Program-made: the position numbers and the translations under genes
The notes under the pieces: model-generated
Databases searched by the model: none
What the model saw: only the letters and a program-made list of their open reading frames with translations
Told to the model about the DNA's origin: nothing
Source: Eledone cirrhosa
Lineage: Eukaryota
Direction: 5' to 3'
Length of the DNA stretch: 64,000 nt
Assembly: GCA_964016885.1 (NCBI GenBank)
Contig: OZ024746.1
Span: forward strand, 91,078,001-91,142,000
Shown: one piece after another, positions 1 through 56,321 of the stretch
Layout of the letters: every line of letters begins with the position of its first letter
Position numbering within the stretch: the first letter of the stretch is position 1

Positions 1-561
1 TTTGTGTTAGTGTTCAGGTTAATGTTAGCTTAGTTTTCAGGTTAGTGTTAGTGTTCAAGTTAATGTTAGTTTTAGTGTTAGTGTTTGTTTTTGTGTTTTT
101 GTTAGTTTTCATGTTAGCGCTAAGTTCACTGTTAGAGCATGTGTGAGTGCAAGTGTTAGAGCATGTGTGAGTTCAAGTGTTAGGGTAAGTGTTATTTTTA
201 AAGTTCGGTTTAGCTTCAGTTTTTTAGGTTTTTTACTTTCCAGGAAAAAAGTCGATCCTCTCTAACTTGAGTGGTGTGATATAGTGTGGTAAAGTATAGT
301 GTTTCATAGTCTTGTGTGGTGTTGTCTATTGTTGTATAGTGTAGTATGGTATATTGTTTCATAGCATGGTCTGATGTGAGGTCGTACAGTGTTTCGTAGT
401 GTGGTGTTGGATAATGTGGTATGGTATAATGTTTGTCAGTGTGGTGTGGTATGGTATAGGTTGATGTAGTGTGGCTTAGTTTGATTATAATAATACAAAT
501 AATAATAACAATAATAATAGTAATAGTAATAATAATTGTTCTTGTTCATTTTCTTTGTCTG

Positions 562-717
562 TCTTCTGTGCCTTTGTTTTCTTCTGTGCCTTTGACTTCT
601 TCTGTGCCTTTGACTTCTTCTGTGCCTTTGACTTCTTCTGTGCCTTTGACTTCTTCTGTGCCTTTGACTTCTTCTGTGCCTTTGACTTCTTCTGTGCCTT
701 TGACTTCTTCTGTGCCA
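562..717. repeat. 18-bp minisatellite (TTCTTCTGTGCCTTTGAC), about 8.5 copies
   Basis: Direct tandem repeat; explains the four overlapping ORFs at 436-749. Confidence 0.9.
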
Positions 718-1807
718 TCTAAATACCAAAAACAAAGAATGTAAAACATATATGTTGCCTATTTCTTTACAAAGTGCTGAGGAGAAGATAAAGTTAATTT
801 AAAGAGAAGTGTGCTCATGCACTGTGATCCTATAATGTAGCTTATAAGCTATTTCATAACTAAAAAACAATGTCAAACATTAACAAAAGTCTATACAAAT
901 ATCTTTGAATGTTTAAGTTAAACCTAAATAGATCGTATCTACAGGTCATTAGGTTAAGGCTGAACTAAGATCATATCTATAAATCATTAGGTTTAGACTG
1001 AACTGAGATCATACTTTCTTCTTTTCGTCATCTTCGTTTCCCGTGTCTTCTTTGTCTTTGTTGTCATTTTCATTTTAGTCGTCTGCTTCGTCGTCTTTTT
1101 CTTCTTTTCCATCTAAATATAAAAAAAAAAATTGTAAACAAATATATAGCTGATCACTCAGACTTTCACGAAACACCGAGGAGATACAGTTAATATAACG
1201 AGTGGGGAGCTCATATATATATATATATATGGTATAGCATGGTGTTATGTGGTCTGGTGTGGTACGACATGGTGTGATGTGGTGTGGTATGATATGGTGA
1301 GGTGGGGGGGGGGGGGCACAACGGTAGATTAATGTTAACAATACACATGTAGCAGCCACATGTGATGAGAAGGGGGAAACAGTTTTTAACTAATTTTAAC
1401 ATGACATGTAGCATCCATCTATAGGTGATTAAGTTAAGACAGGTGTAATCATATGAAAAGGTCAGTTTAAAACTACACTGAGATTCTGCTTAAAATGGTG
1501 GTCAATGAAGTGTTTACTTACTCAGATCCTTTGAAATAACTTTCTTTCTCTGATGTGGCGAGTCGTGGTTAAATGTGATGTGATGAAATGTGGCTTGGCG
1601 TGGTGAAATGTGCCGTGGCGTGGTGAAATGAGGCGAGATGAGATGAGTGATGTGACGTGGTGAGATGGGGTGTGGTGTGATGTGATGGCATGCGGAGTGG
1701 TGTGATGTGATGTGAAATTTTTTCATCCTATTTTTCCTGTGCTATCAACTAATCCAATCTCCAAGATGCTTGAAACTGACTTTTTCCCCCCAGGAAAACG
1801 GCGGAGT

Positions 1808-2627
1808 GAGGTGGTTCCCCCTTCACCCGGATAACCCCTGCTTACTCGGAATTTTCTCTTTGATTCTATTTTCATGCATTATCAGTGAATATGACTTCCA
1901 AACCAGTCAAAAACAACTAGCTTTGGAGAAAGAGGAGAGGGAGAAGGGAAGAGTTTTGCAGATCTACACCCCACTCACATGTTGTGGGACTTAATCATTT
2001 TCGGTATATTCCCTCTGCTATTAATTTCCTGTGCTATTTCCTATGCTATTTCCTATACTATTTCCTATGCTATTTCCTGTGCTATTAATTAATCTGAACT
2101 TCTAGGTGCTTCCAATCAATTTATTTCCCTGGGTTAGGTTTAGGGTTGGGGTAATGTTTAGGGTTTAGTTTTAGGGTTGGGGTAATGTTTAGGGCCTAGT
2201 TTTAGGGTTGGGGTAAAGTTTAGGGTTTAGTTTTAGGGTTGGGGTATAGTTTAGGGTTTAGTTTAAGGGTTGGGGTAATGTTTATATTTAGATTTAGCTT
2301 GGTTTGGTTTAGATTTAGAGTTTAGGGTTGGGGCTAGATTTAATTTTATGTTTAATTTAGTTTTAGTTTCCAAATCCCAGAAGAAAAAAAATTAATTCAG
2401 AGCAACTAAAAGGTCAGATTAGTTGATAGCACTCAAAAGGAGACCGAAGAAAAATCATTAGGGTATATATCTACAAAACGACAATGGTTTTTCCACCTGC
2501 TTTACCCCCCTCCTTTTTCCTAGAACAACTAATCATTTCCAACTGGTTTGGAGGTCATATTCGTTGATAACATACGAAAAATCTTAGAGAAAACTCTGGG
2601 GTTAAACGAGAGAAGTGCATCCACCTA
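1808..2627. mobile_element. foldback/MITE-like element: nested degenerate inverted arms around a telomere-like (TTAGGG-variant) core at about 2131-2340
   Basis: About 1808-1950 is reverse-complementary to about 2505-2627, and about 2080-2133 to about 2375-2431; the core is degenerate ttagggttgggg repeats. Confidence 0.6.
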
Positions 2628-2954
2628 AGTTTTCCATGAAGAGAGAGTCAATAACAAACATCTTGGAGTTCGGATTAGTTGATAACACGTTGAAAAAAGA
2701 TGAGGAAAAAATGTTGGGTGTTATGTGGTGTGTAGTTCTGTGGTGTTGTGCAGTGAGGTTCTTCATCTTTATCTTTCTCTTCTTCATCTTTGTATTCATC
2801 TTCTTTGTTTTGTCTTCCATCTAAACAAAAAAAAATATATATATATAAAACATATATGTAGCCAATCTCTCAGACTTTTACAAAGCTCCAGGCAGATAAA
2901 TTTAATATAAGTGGTGTGTTCCTGAAAAGAGATACTACAAAATAGCTTAAAAGC

Positions 2955-2986
<32 letters not shown>

Positions 2987-4596
2987 TACACGGGTGTGTA
3001 TGATTGTGTATAGAAGATTATATTAAAAAAAAAAAAAGGAAACAGGAAGAAAATTTTTCACACCAAGATCAATCAATAGCTTGGTGCGATGTAGTATGGT
3101 GTAACTTGGTATGGTGTGGTTTGGTGAAGTTATGAAATGGAAACCAATTGTAAACGATAGATTCCCATGTCATATTCATTGATAATGTGTGGGAAAATTG
3201 TCATTTGCAAGCACCTTTGATATTAGTTTGAGGTGGTAACCACAAAAAAAAAAGCAGGTAGCAAATTTGTCACATTAATGTCCATACCATGGTGTGATGT
3301 AATAAATTTACCATATAGTGAAGTATGGTTATGGTGAAGTATATGGTGTGGATTGAGGTAGATTAATGTGCTGTGGTGTGCTTTGTTATAAGTGAGGATT
3401 TAAATTTCCACTTTGATTTATGTTAGAAAAAAAATTTTTCATTCATTTTTGCATGTGGTATCAACTTCCAAGAAGCTCGCAGTGGACTAAGCTTTTTGCA
3501 TATTAACAAAAAATATGACTTCCGCTGCAATAAAAAATGACTAGCTTTGTATTTCCACCCACATCCCTCTTTTTTCTACAAAGCTAATCATTTTCGACAG
3601 TTTTCCATGTCATAATTATTGATAATATGTGTGAAAAATAGTCAATTGCAGCACCTTTGATGTCAGATTGGGTGGTAAGAACACACACAAAAAAAAAAAG
3701 AAACAGGAAGAACATTTTTCACACTGAGATCAAAAGCATGGTGTGATGTAGAATGGTGTAGTTTGTTATGGTGTGGTTTGGATTGTTGTAGTTATGACAT
3801 GGGAACCTATTGCAAATGATAGGTTTCCATGTTATATACATTGATAATGTGTAAAAAAATAGTCATTTGTGAGCACCTTTGATATCAGATTGGGTGGTAA
3901 GCACACACAGAAAAAAAAAACAGGAAGAAAAATGTTCTCACTGAGATTAATAGCATGGTTTGATGTAGTTTAATGTGGTATGGTTTTCTAACCTCCAACA
4001 TGCTCACAGCCGACTATGCTTTTACTATCATCATCATTTTACGTCCACTTTTCCCTGCTTGCAAGGGTGGGACGGGAACTGATTCTGGCTTGATTTCTAC
4101 AGCTGGATGCCCCTCCTAACACCAACCTCATTTACAGTGAGTGCTGGGTGGTTTTTGCCGTGGCACCTACACAACCACTTTGCAGTGGAATGATAGGGAC
4201 ACCAGTCTCTATTTATCTCATTTCTACAGCTGAGTAAATTGGAGCAATGTGAAATAAAGTGTCTTGCTCAAGGAAACAACACACCACCTGGTCTGAGAAC
4301 TGAACTCACAACCTTTCGATTGCAAGGCCAATGCTCTAACCACTAAGCCATGTACCCCCATTACCATATTAACAACAAATATGACTTTCACTGCAATCAA
4401 AAATGACAAGCTTTGTGAATGGTATTTCCACCCACTTTCCGCCCTCTTTTTTCTACAAAGCTAGTCATTTTCAACAGGTTTCAAAGTCTTCATCGATAAT
4501 ATGTGCAAAAAATAGTTAATTGTGAACACTTTTAATGTCAGATTAAATAAATACCTCTATAACTATATAACACACGCACAAATCCAAAGAGATCTG

Positions 4597-5967
4597 TTTA
4601 TTCAACTAAGGAAAGTTGGTCGATTGAAAATCTCTTTCATAAGAGATGACAAACACTCAACAGTTTATGTTTATCCGGAGTTTTATTATAATAATTGTTT
4701 CTACTTTGGCACAAGGCCAGCAAATTACCCAGTGTATTACTGGTACTTTATTTTATCGAACCCCATAAGGATGAAAGGCAAAGTTAACCTCAGCGGGTTA
4801 TAATAATAAACAAGTGAAAACCACCAGCGTATGGAATCTATAACCTATGAAAGACAGACTATAGACAGTATAATTAAAAATATAAATTAAAGCGTAAATA
4901 AATACCTCTATAACTATATAACACACGTACAAATCCAAAGAGATCTGTTTCGCCAGTAAGTTGTTGACAGAAATGGAATAACCTCGGTTCCTCAGCTTCA
5001 GACAACACTAAGAGAATTTTAAAAGTGACTGTCCAGCTACACGTGGGAGAGAGAAGTCAGCGTGTTTAAGGGCAGTGACCCAGTGGCCTTTGAGGGACGA
5101 GCTGCTAGAAATGGCAGCCCAAAACCACTCAGAGAAGTGTGCTCAACCAAACAGAGGGATAGGAAAAACTGTTATAAGGAGCGAAATATCACGATAAATT
5201 AACGGAGCTATAGACCCTCGCCATTCCCTGTAAATAATGTGCTCAAAGGAGAAGAAATCCTGAGCTCTTTAAAATACAATATGTTGAAAAGGTAACACAC
5301 TAGAGAGAAGTATACAGTGCGCTATCAATAAAACAGGGAAAAAAACCACCAGTGTATGGAATCTATAACCTATGAAAGGCAGACTATAGACACGATAATT
5401 AAAAATATAAATTAAAGCGTAAATAAATACCTCTATAACACGTACAAATCCAAAGAGACCTGTTTCGCCAGTAAGTTGTTGACAGAAATGGCATAACTCC
5501 GGTTCCTCAGCTTCAGACAACACTAAGAGAATTTTGGCGCCAAACCTTTCCTTTTGAAAGAAAAATGGCGCCAAACTTTTCCTTTTGAAAGAATAATGTG
5601 ATTTGTCACGTGATATTACCTCTAAATATGTGAATACGTACACATTCTCCTCACGAAGAGCGAGAGTGGCAATCGCAAACACATACACACCACACATATA
5701 TATATATATACACACACGCAGAAACACACACATACAATAATGACGAGTACTACGATTCTGGAGGAGCGAATGATGGAGAAGATGAAGCTCTCTGCCGCAG
5801 AATAAATGATATTTAATTTTAATAATAATACTAATAATATATATATTTCTTAATTGAATTGATTATCATTATCGTTTTTATGGCAAAAGATAGGCAGAGA
5901 GGGAAAGATTTTGACATATATTTATATATATAGAGAGAGAGAGATTTTGAGTATATGTTGGTTGTAT
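4597..5967 (+). repeat. copy A of a ~1.4-kb local direct duplication
   Basis: Colinear and near-identical with 6636-8028; contains an internal ~190-bp direct repeat and a truncated SINE. Confidence 0.9.
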
Positions 5968-6088
5968 ACCAACACCAGTATGCAGGCTGGAGCACTCGAC
6001 GAGTGCGCAGGTTGGTTTGGTTACTCCGGAGTAATGTAAAATAAAGTTAAATAAAAAGTCAAATGTTTAAAATTTAGCTTCGTTTATT

Positions 6089-6143
6089 ACTGCTATATAT
6101 ATTTCAGTGACAGCCATCTTTGGCTGTGACCTCTTCAGGCAGT
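6089..6143 (-). ncRNA. minimal type-I hammerhead ribozyme (Penelope-like)
   Basis: Minus strand reads ACTGC-CTGAAGA-G-GTCACAGCCA-AAGA-TGGCTGTCAC-T-GAAA-TATATA-TA-GCAGT: perfect 5-bp stem I, stem II, palindromic minimal stem III, followed by AATAAA. Confidence 0.75.
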
Positions 6144-6635
6144 TTGAATTAGTGTGGTATAGACAAGTACATATGTTGTTGAGGTGTATAATTTTGTCAA
6201 TACTCTGATATGCCCAGTTCCTGGTTGGGTTGTTATTTCACTGAGGAACTGGAATCATATGATTACACACATATATATATATACACACACACACATATAT
6301 AGATATACATACATATATATAGATTCATACATACATACACACATATATATATATAAAGTACTTGACGATGAGCATTCTAGTTGTTCAATAAACAGATTGA
6401 ATAATACAAACGATGTTTTAATATACAGATTCATTATTTGTGTATATATAATATATACAAAGCATATAAATAAATTTACAGTCGAATAACATAGCAAATA
6501 TGTTTTAAATATATACATAAATAACAATACTAATGCTTAAATAACATAAATTGCTCGTGATTCTTTCAGAAGGATATATTCCTTTAATGTTGCAATATTA
6601 AAGAAAATATACGTATATATATATACATACATATA

Positions 6636-7959
6636 TTTATTCAACTAAGGAAAGTTGGTCGATTGAAAATCTCTTTCATAAGAGATGACAAACACTCAAC
6701 AGTTTATGTTTATCCGGAGTTTTATTATAATAATTGTTTCTACTTTGGCACAAGGCCAGCAAATAACCCAGTGTATTACTGGTACTTTATTTTATCGACC
6801 CCCATAAGGATGAAAGGCAAAGTTAACCTCAGCGGGTTATAATAATAAACAAGTAAAAACCACCAGTGTATGGAATCTATAACCTATGAAAGACAGACTA
6901 TAGACAGGATAATTAAAAATATAAATTAAAGCGTAAATAAATACCTCTATAACTATATAACACGTACAAATCCAAAGAGATCTGTTTCGCCAGTAAGTTG
7001 TTGACAGAAATGGTATAACCCCGGTTATTCAGCTTCAGACAACACTAAGATAATTTTAAAAGTGACTGTCCAGCTACACGTGCGAGAGAGAAGTCAGCGT
7101 GCTTAAGGGCAGTGACCCAGTGGCCTTTGAGGGACGAGCTGCTAGAAATGGCAGCCCAAAACCACTCAGAGAAGTGTGCTCAACCAAACAGAGGGATAGG
7201 AAAAACTGTTATAAGGAGCGAAATATCACGATAAATTAACGGAGCCATAGACCCTCGCCATTCCCTGTAAATAATGTGCTCAAAGGAGAAGAAATCCTGA
7301 GCTCTTTAAAATACAATATGTTGAAAAGGTAACACACTAGAGAGAGGTATACAGTGCGCTATCAATAAAACAAGGAAAAAAACCAGTGTATGGAATCTAT
7401 AACCTATGAAAGGCAGACTATAGACACGATAATTAAAAATATAAATTAAAGCGTAAATAAATACCTCTATAACACACGTCCAAATCCAAAGAGACCTGTT
7501 TCGCCAGTAAGTTGTTGACAGAAATGGTATAACTCCGGTTATTCAGCTTCAGACAACACTAAGAGAATGTTGGCGCCAAACCTTTCCTTTTGAAAGAAAA
7601 ATGGCGCCAAACCTTTCCTTTTGAAAGAAAAATGTGATTTGTCACGTGATTATGTTCACGTCATATTACCTCTAAATATGTGAATACGTACACAGCATTC
7701 TCACGAAGGGCGACAGTGGCGATCGCAAACACATACACATATATATATACACACACACACAATAATGACGAGTACTACGATTCTGGAGGAACGAATGATG
7801 GAGAAGGTGAAGCTCTCTGCCGCAGAATAAATGGTATTTAATTTTAATAATAATACTAATAATATATATATATATTTCTTAATTGAATTGATTATCATTA
7901 TCGTTTTTATGGCAAAAAATAGACAGAGAGGGAAAGAGATAGACAGAGGGAAAGATTTT

Positions 7960-8002
<43 letters not shown>

Positions 8003-8028
8003 AGATTTTGAGTATATGTTGGTTGTAT
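6636..8028 (+). repeat. copy B of the ~1.4-kb local direct duplication
   Basis: Colinear with 4597-5967. Confidence 0.9.
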
Positions 8029-8761
8029 TGCTTTAAACTGTAATGCGAAGGGATACACTAGTATTTGAGGTACCATCATTTGGGATTTTAACCTTCGGAC
8101 TTTTCCTTCCCGGTTTTGAAATTTAGGGGTGACTGGGAATATTCCATAATGTAGGGATTTTCTTTTCTATCATTTCTTATTTATGTATTTATATATTTAT
8201 TTATCTACTCTCGTGATTGATATTCCGACAAATGTTAGGGGTGTATTTTGGTTTTTTTATTATGTCAGGTATAGCATCCAAAAATTTCTCCCTTCCCCCA
8301 TATATATATACAAATACTGTCCCAAAAAATGTATACACACTTCAACAGCAAAGTAATCAAAGTGTGTATATTTTTTGGAGGGGGCACCGTGTGTATATAT
8401 ATATATATGTGTGTGTGTGTGTATGTGTTACTAGTAAAATTGTAAAAACGCAGCGGTATATTCTAATTTGGCCCTTTTAAGGGCCACCTATATTTTCATT
8501 TATGTAACTCCACTTACATCTATATGCTTTAATAAAAAAAAAAATAAAAAACGCGTGAAAAAAAAAAGTTTCATTTAAGTAACTCCACTTACGCGTTGTA
8601 GTAATACGGAAATAAACGATGTTTTGCTTTCATCGGCTGCTTTCGACTGACAGCTAATAGCGTTGTTATGCCAAAAAATCTATCTAGTAGAATTAGGAAA
8701 TCCAATTAAAAGCAAATCATAGGGAATATAGTTCATACAACACTGCAACGAAATATATATA

Positions 8762-8880
8762 TACCGGGGTACCCTAAAAGTTCCTGGCTTGGGGTAAAAT
8801 AAAATACAGGAGGGTCTGTTAATTATGATTTTATTCAACATATTCCCCTCTCAGACTCGCACAATTATTGCAGCAGTTCT
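8762..8880 (+). mobile_element. mariner-like terminal fragment
   Basis: TA|CCGGGG...AAAAGTTC...TTTATTCAACATA..CCC pattern, resembling the termini of the MITE at 14663. Confidence 0.5.
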
Positions 8881-9222
8881 ACCTCTCCAGAAAAGATAAC
8901 AGCTCGACTCGGTATTAACATTTGTCGTAGAGACGAATATTATATGTAAAAATAGAATTACAGTACAATATAACTGAAAGGAGACAAGCCAAACAGATAG
9001 TAACTGTAGTGTTAACACAATGTGTAAAGTTAAGTACGATAAGATAAAGAGGGGTGGGTAAGAGATAAACGATTACGAAAGAAGTAGTGTGCGTATGAGA
9101 GTGTGTTTGTCTATAGCAATAAGAGACAGCAGAGAGCCTATATATTGTTTCATAAGAGATTCCTATAGAAGACTACAGTGAGCATCAATTACAGTCTTTG
9201 AAATAAACCAATATCTATAGTT

Positions 9223-54222
<45,000 letters not shown>

Positions 54223-54384
54223 GGTACTCACAGGTAAAAAGTGTTCAACGTCTTGTCTGACCAAGAAAACAATGGTTCTAATGATCTAGTCTTTTCATTG
54301 CTGATAATATCTGTTGGTTATAACCCTTGTCAAAAAGGAGGGTCATTTGAACTCAGAATGTACACAAAAAAATAACAGAAACGT

Positions 54385-54390
54385 AATAAA
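54385..54390 (+). terminator. candidate polyadenylation signal of HSD17B14
   Basis: First AATAAA, about 160 nt after the stop, followed by T-rich sequence. Confidence 0.45.
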
Positions 54391-55370
54391 TAATATTCTG
54401 CTAAATACTTAATTTTGCTTTGGATTCAATATATCTTTTCCTAAAAATATTATGTTTGATATTTTATATATGAACTTTAAAAAATATGAAATTTGATATT
54501 AATTTACTTCATGTAAAAATACATAGACAAAAACACTGTTACTTTTGTTTGCAAGAGTTATATTTTATTGTTGTCATTACATTTCATTTATAGAGAAATT
54601 AATTGTTTCTACGTTTGGCACAAGGCCAGAAATTATCCAGAGCATTACTGGTACTTTATTTTATCGACCCCGTAAGGATGAAAGGCAAAGTTAACCTCGG
54701 CGGGATTTGAACTCAGAATGGCAAGGGCCGTAACTCTATACGTCAAAGCATAGCGTCCGACCCTCTACCAATACTGCCAATCCAGCGCCCTTATATCCAT
54801 TTATAGAGAAATTAATGATTTGGAAAACTACAGGAATATCACATTATATAATTTCTATATGAACTGAGACATTCATTAACATTTAACAGCGATCTTCTCT
54901 GCAAGAGATGGCAAGGTCTTCTCAGATCAAGTCCATAATCCAACATAGCAACCTCTCAGATAGGCCACATTCTCATACTCTACTGAGTGTATCATGGCAT
55001 CAGTTGTAGAGAGGTTGTCATGTCTTTCACATTGATTAACTGTTTTCTCAACCCTTATTTTGGTAGGTTTTCTATGGCTGGATGCCCTTTCTATTACCAA
55101 TCACTTTACAGAGTGTACTGGGTGCATTTGTATAGATTACTAACACTAGAGACGAGGTTGTCATGTCTTTGTATACAAAAATCAAAAGACCTATATTTCA
55201 GAACAGTAAGGGATTTTAAGGCATTGATTCCTTTCCCAAAGGTGATGATGTAAGAGAGCTTGCTTCAACTGAGGATAGAAACTAGGCTGGAATTTCAATT
55301 TGTCAACTCCTCACCTCCTCTTATTTTTTACTGTTCACATAAAAATCAGTATCAATGAACGATTCACAAC

Positions 55371-55880
55371 AGTCCACACTGTAAGGTGGCCGTGTAGGAG
55401 ACACGGTGAAAAGGCTCCCAGTCCACACTGTAAGGTGGCCGTGTAGGAGACACGGTGAAAAGGCTCCCAGTCCACACTGTAAGGTGGCCATGTAGGAGAC
55501 ACGGTGAAAAGGCTCCCAGTCCACACTGTAAGGTGGTTGTGTAGGAGACACGGTGAAAAGCTCCCAGTCCACACTGTAAGGTGGCTGTGTAGGAGATACG
55601 GTGAAAAGGCTCCCAGTCCACACTGTAAGGTGGTCGTGTAGGAGACATGGTGAAAAGCTCCCAGTCCACACTGTAAGGTGGCTGTGTAGGAGACACGGTG
55701 AAAAGGCTCCCAGTCCACACTGTAAGGTGGTCGTGTAGGAGACATGGTGAAAAGGCTCCCAGTCCACACTGTAAGGTTGCCGTGTAGGAGACACGGTGAA
55801 AAGGCTCCCAGTCCACACTGTAAGGTTGCCGTGTAGGAGACACGGTGAAAAGCCTCCCAGTCCACACTATAAGGTGGCAC
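55371..55880. repeat. 48-49-bp minisatellite, about 10.5 copies (AGTCCACACTGTAAGGTGGCCGTGTAGGAGACACGGTGAAAAGGCTCCC)
   Basis: Direct tandem repeat; same family as 40185-40775. Confidence 0.92.
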
Positions 55881-56321
55881 ATAGAAATCAAAAAGGTACT
55901 CAGGGTTGTTGTTGGCAAGATGGTTAATAATTTTGTGATGATGATGATGATTCATGAACCATATGCTGATGTTTTTCAATGGTAAAATAAGAAAGAACAA
56001 TATATATCCAGTAAAATTGCGTTACTCTATCAATACCATGTTAACAGAATAAGATGAATAATATAACCACATATATTTGTAAGAAGTTAAATTCACTATT
56101 GTAAGTTGTGGATCTATAGTCAAATGAAAGAATGTTCTTATTCTTGAAGTGCTCAGAATGTGTTCATGGCTCTGTGGTTAAGTATACATCGCAGTCATGT
56201 GGTTATGAGTTTGATAATACTGTATGGCACATTGGGTATATGTCTTCTTCCATAGTCTTGGGTTCATCAATATCTTCTGATGGAAACAGTCACATATGTG
56301 TATATATATATATATTTGTAT

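Noticed and set aside
436-749. Protamine/histone-H1-like repetitive ORFs (RRSQRH, KKSKAQ)
   Set aside because: All four frames come from one 18-bp minisatellite plus (TAA)n. The KGTEEV frame has splice-like ends, but I found no supportable gene model.
2131-2340. True telomere
   Set aside because: Degenerate, internal and flanked by inverted arms.
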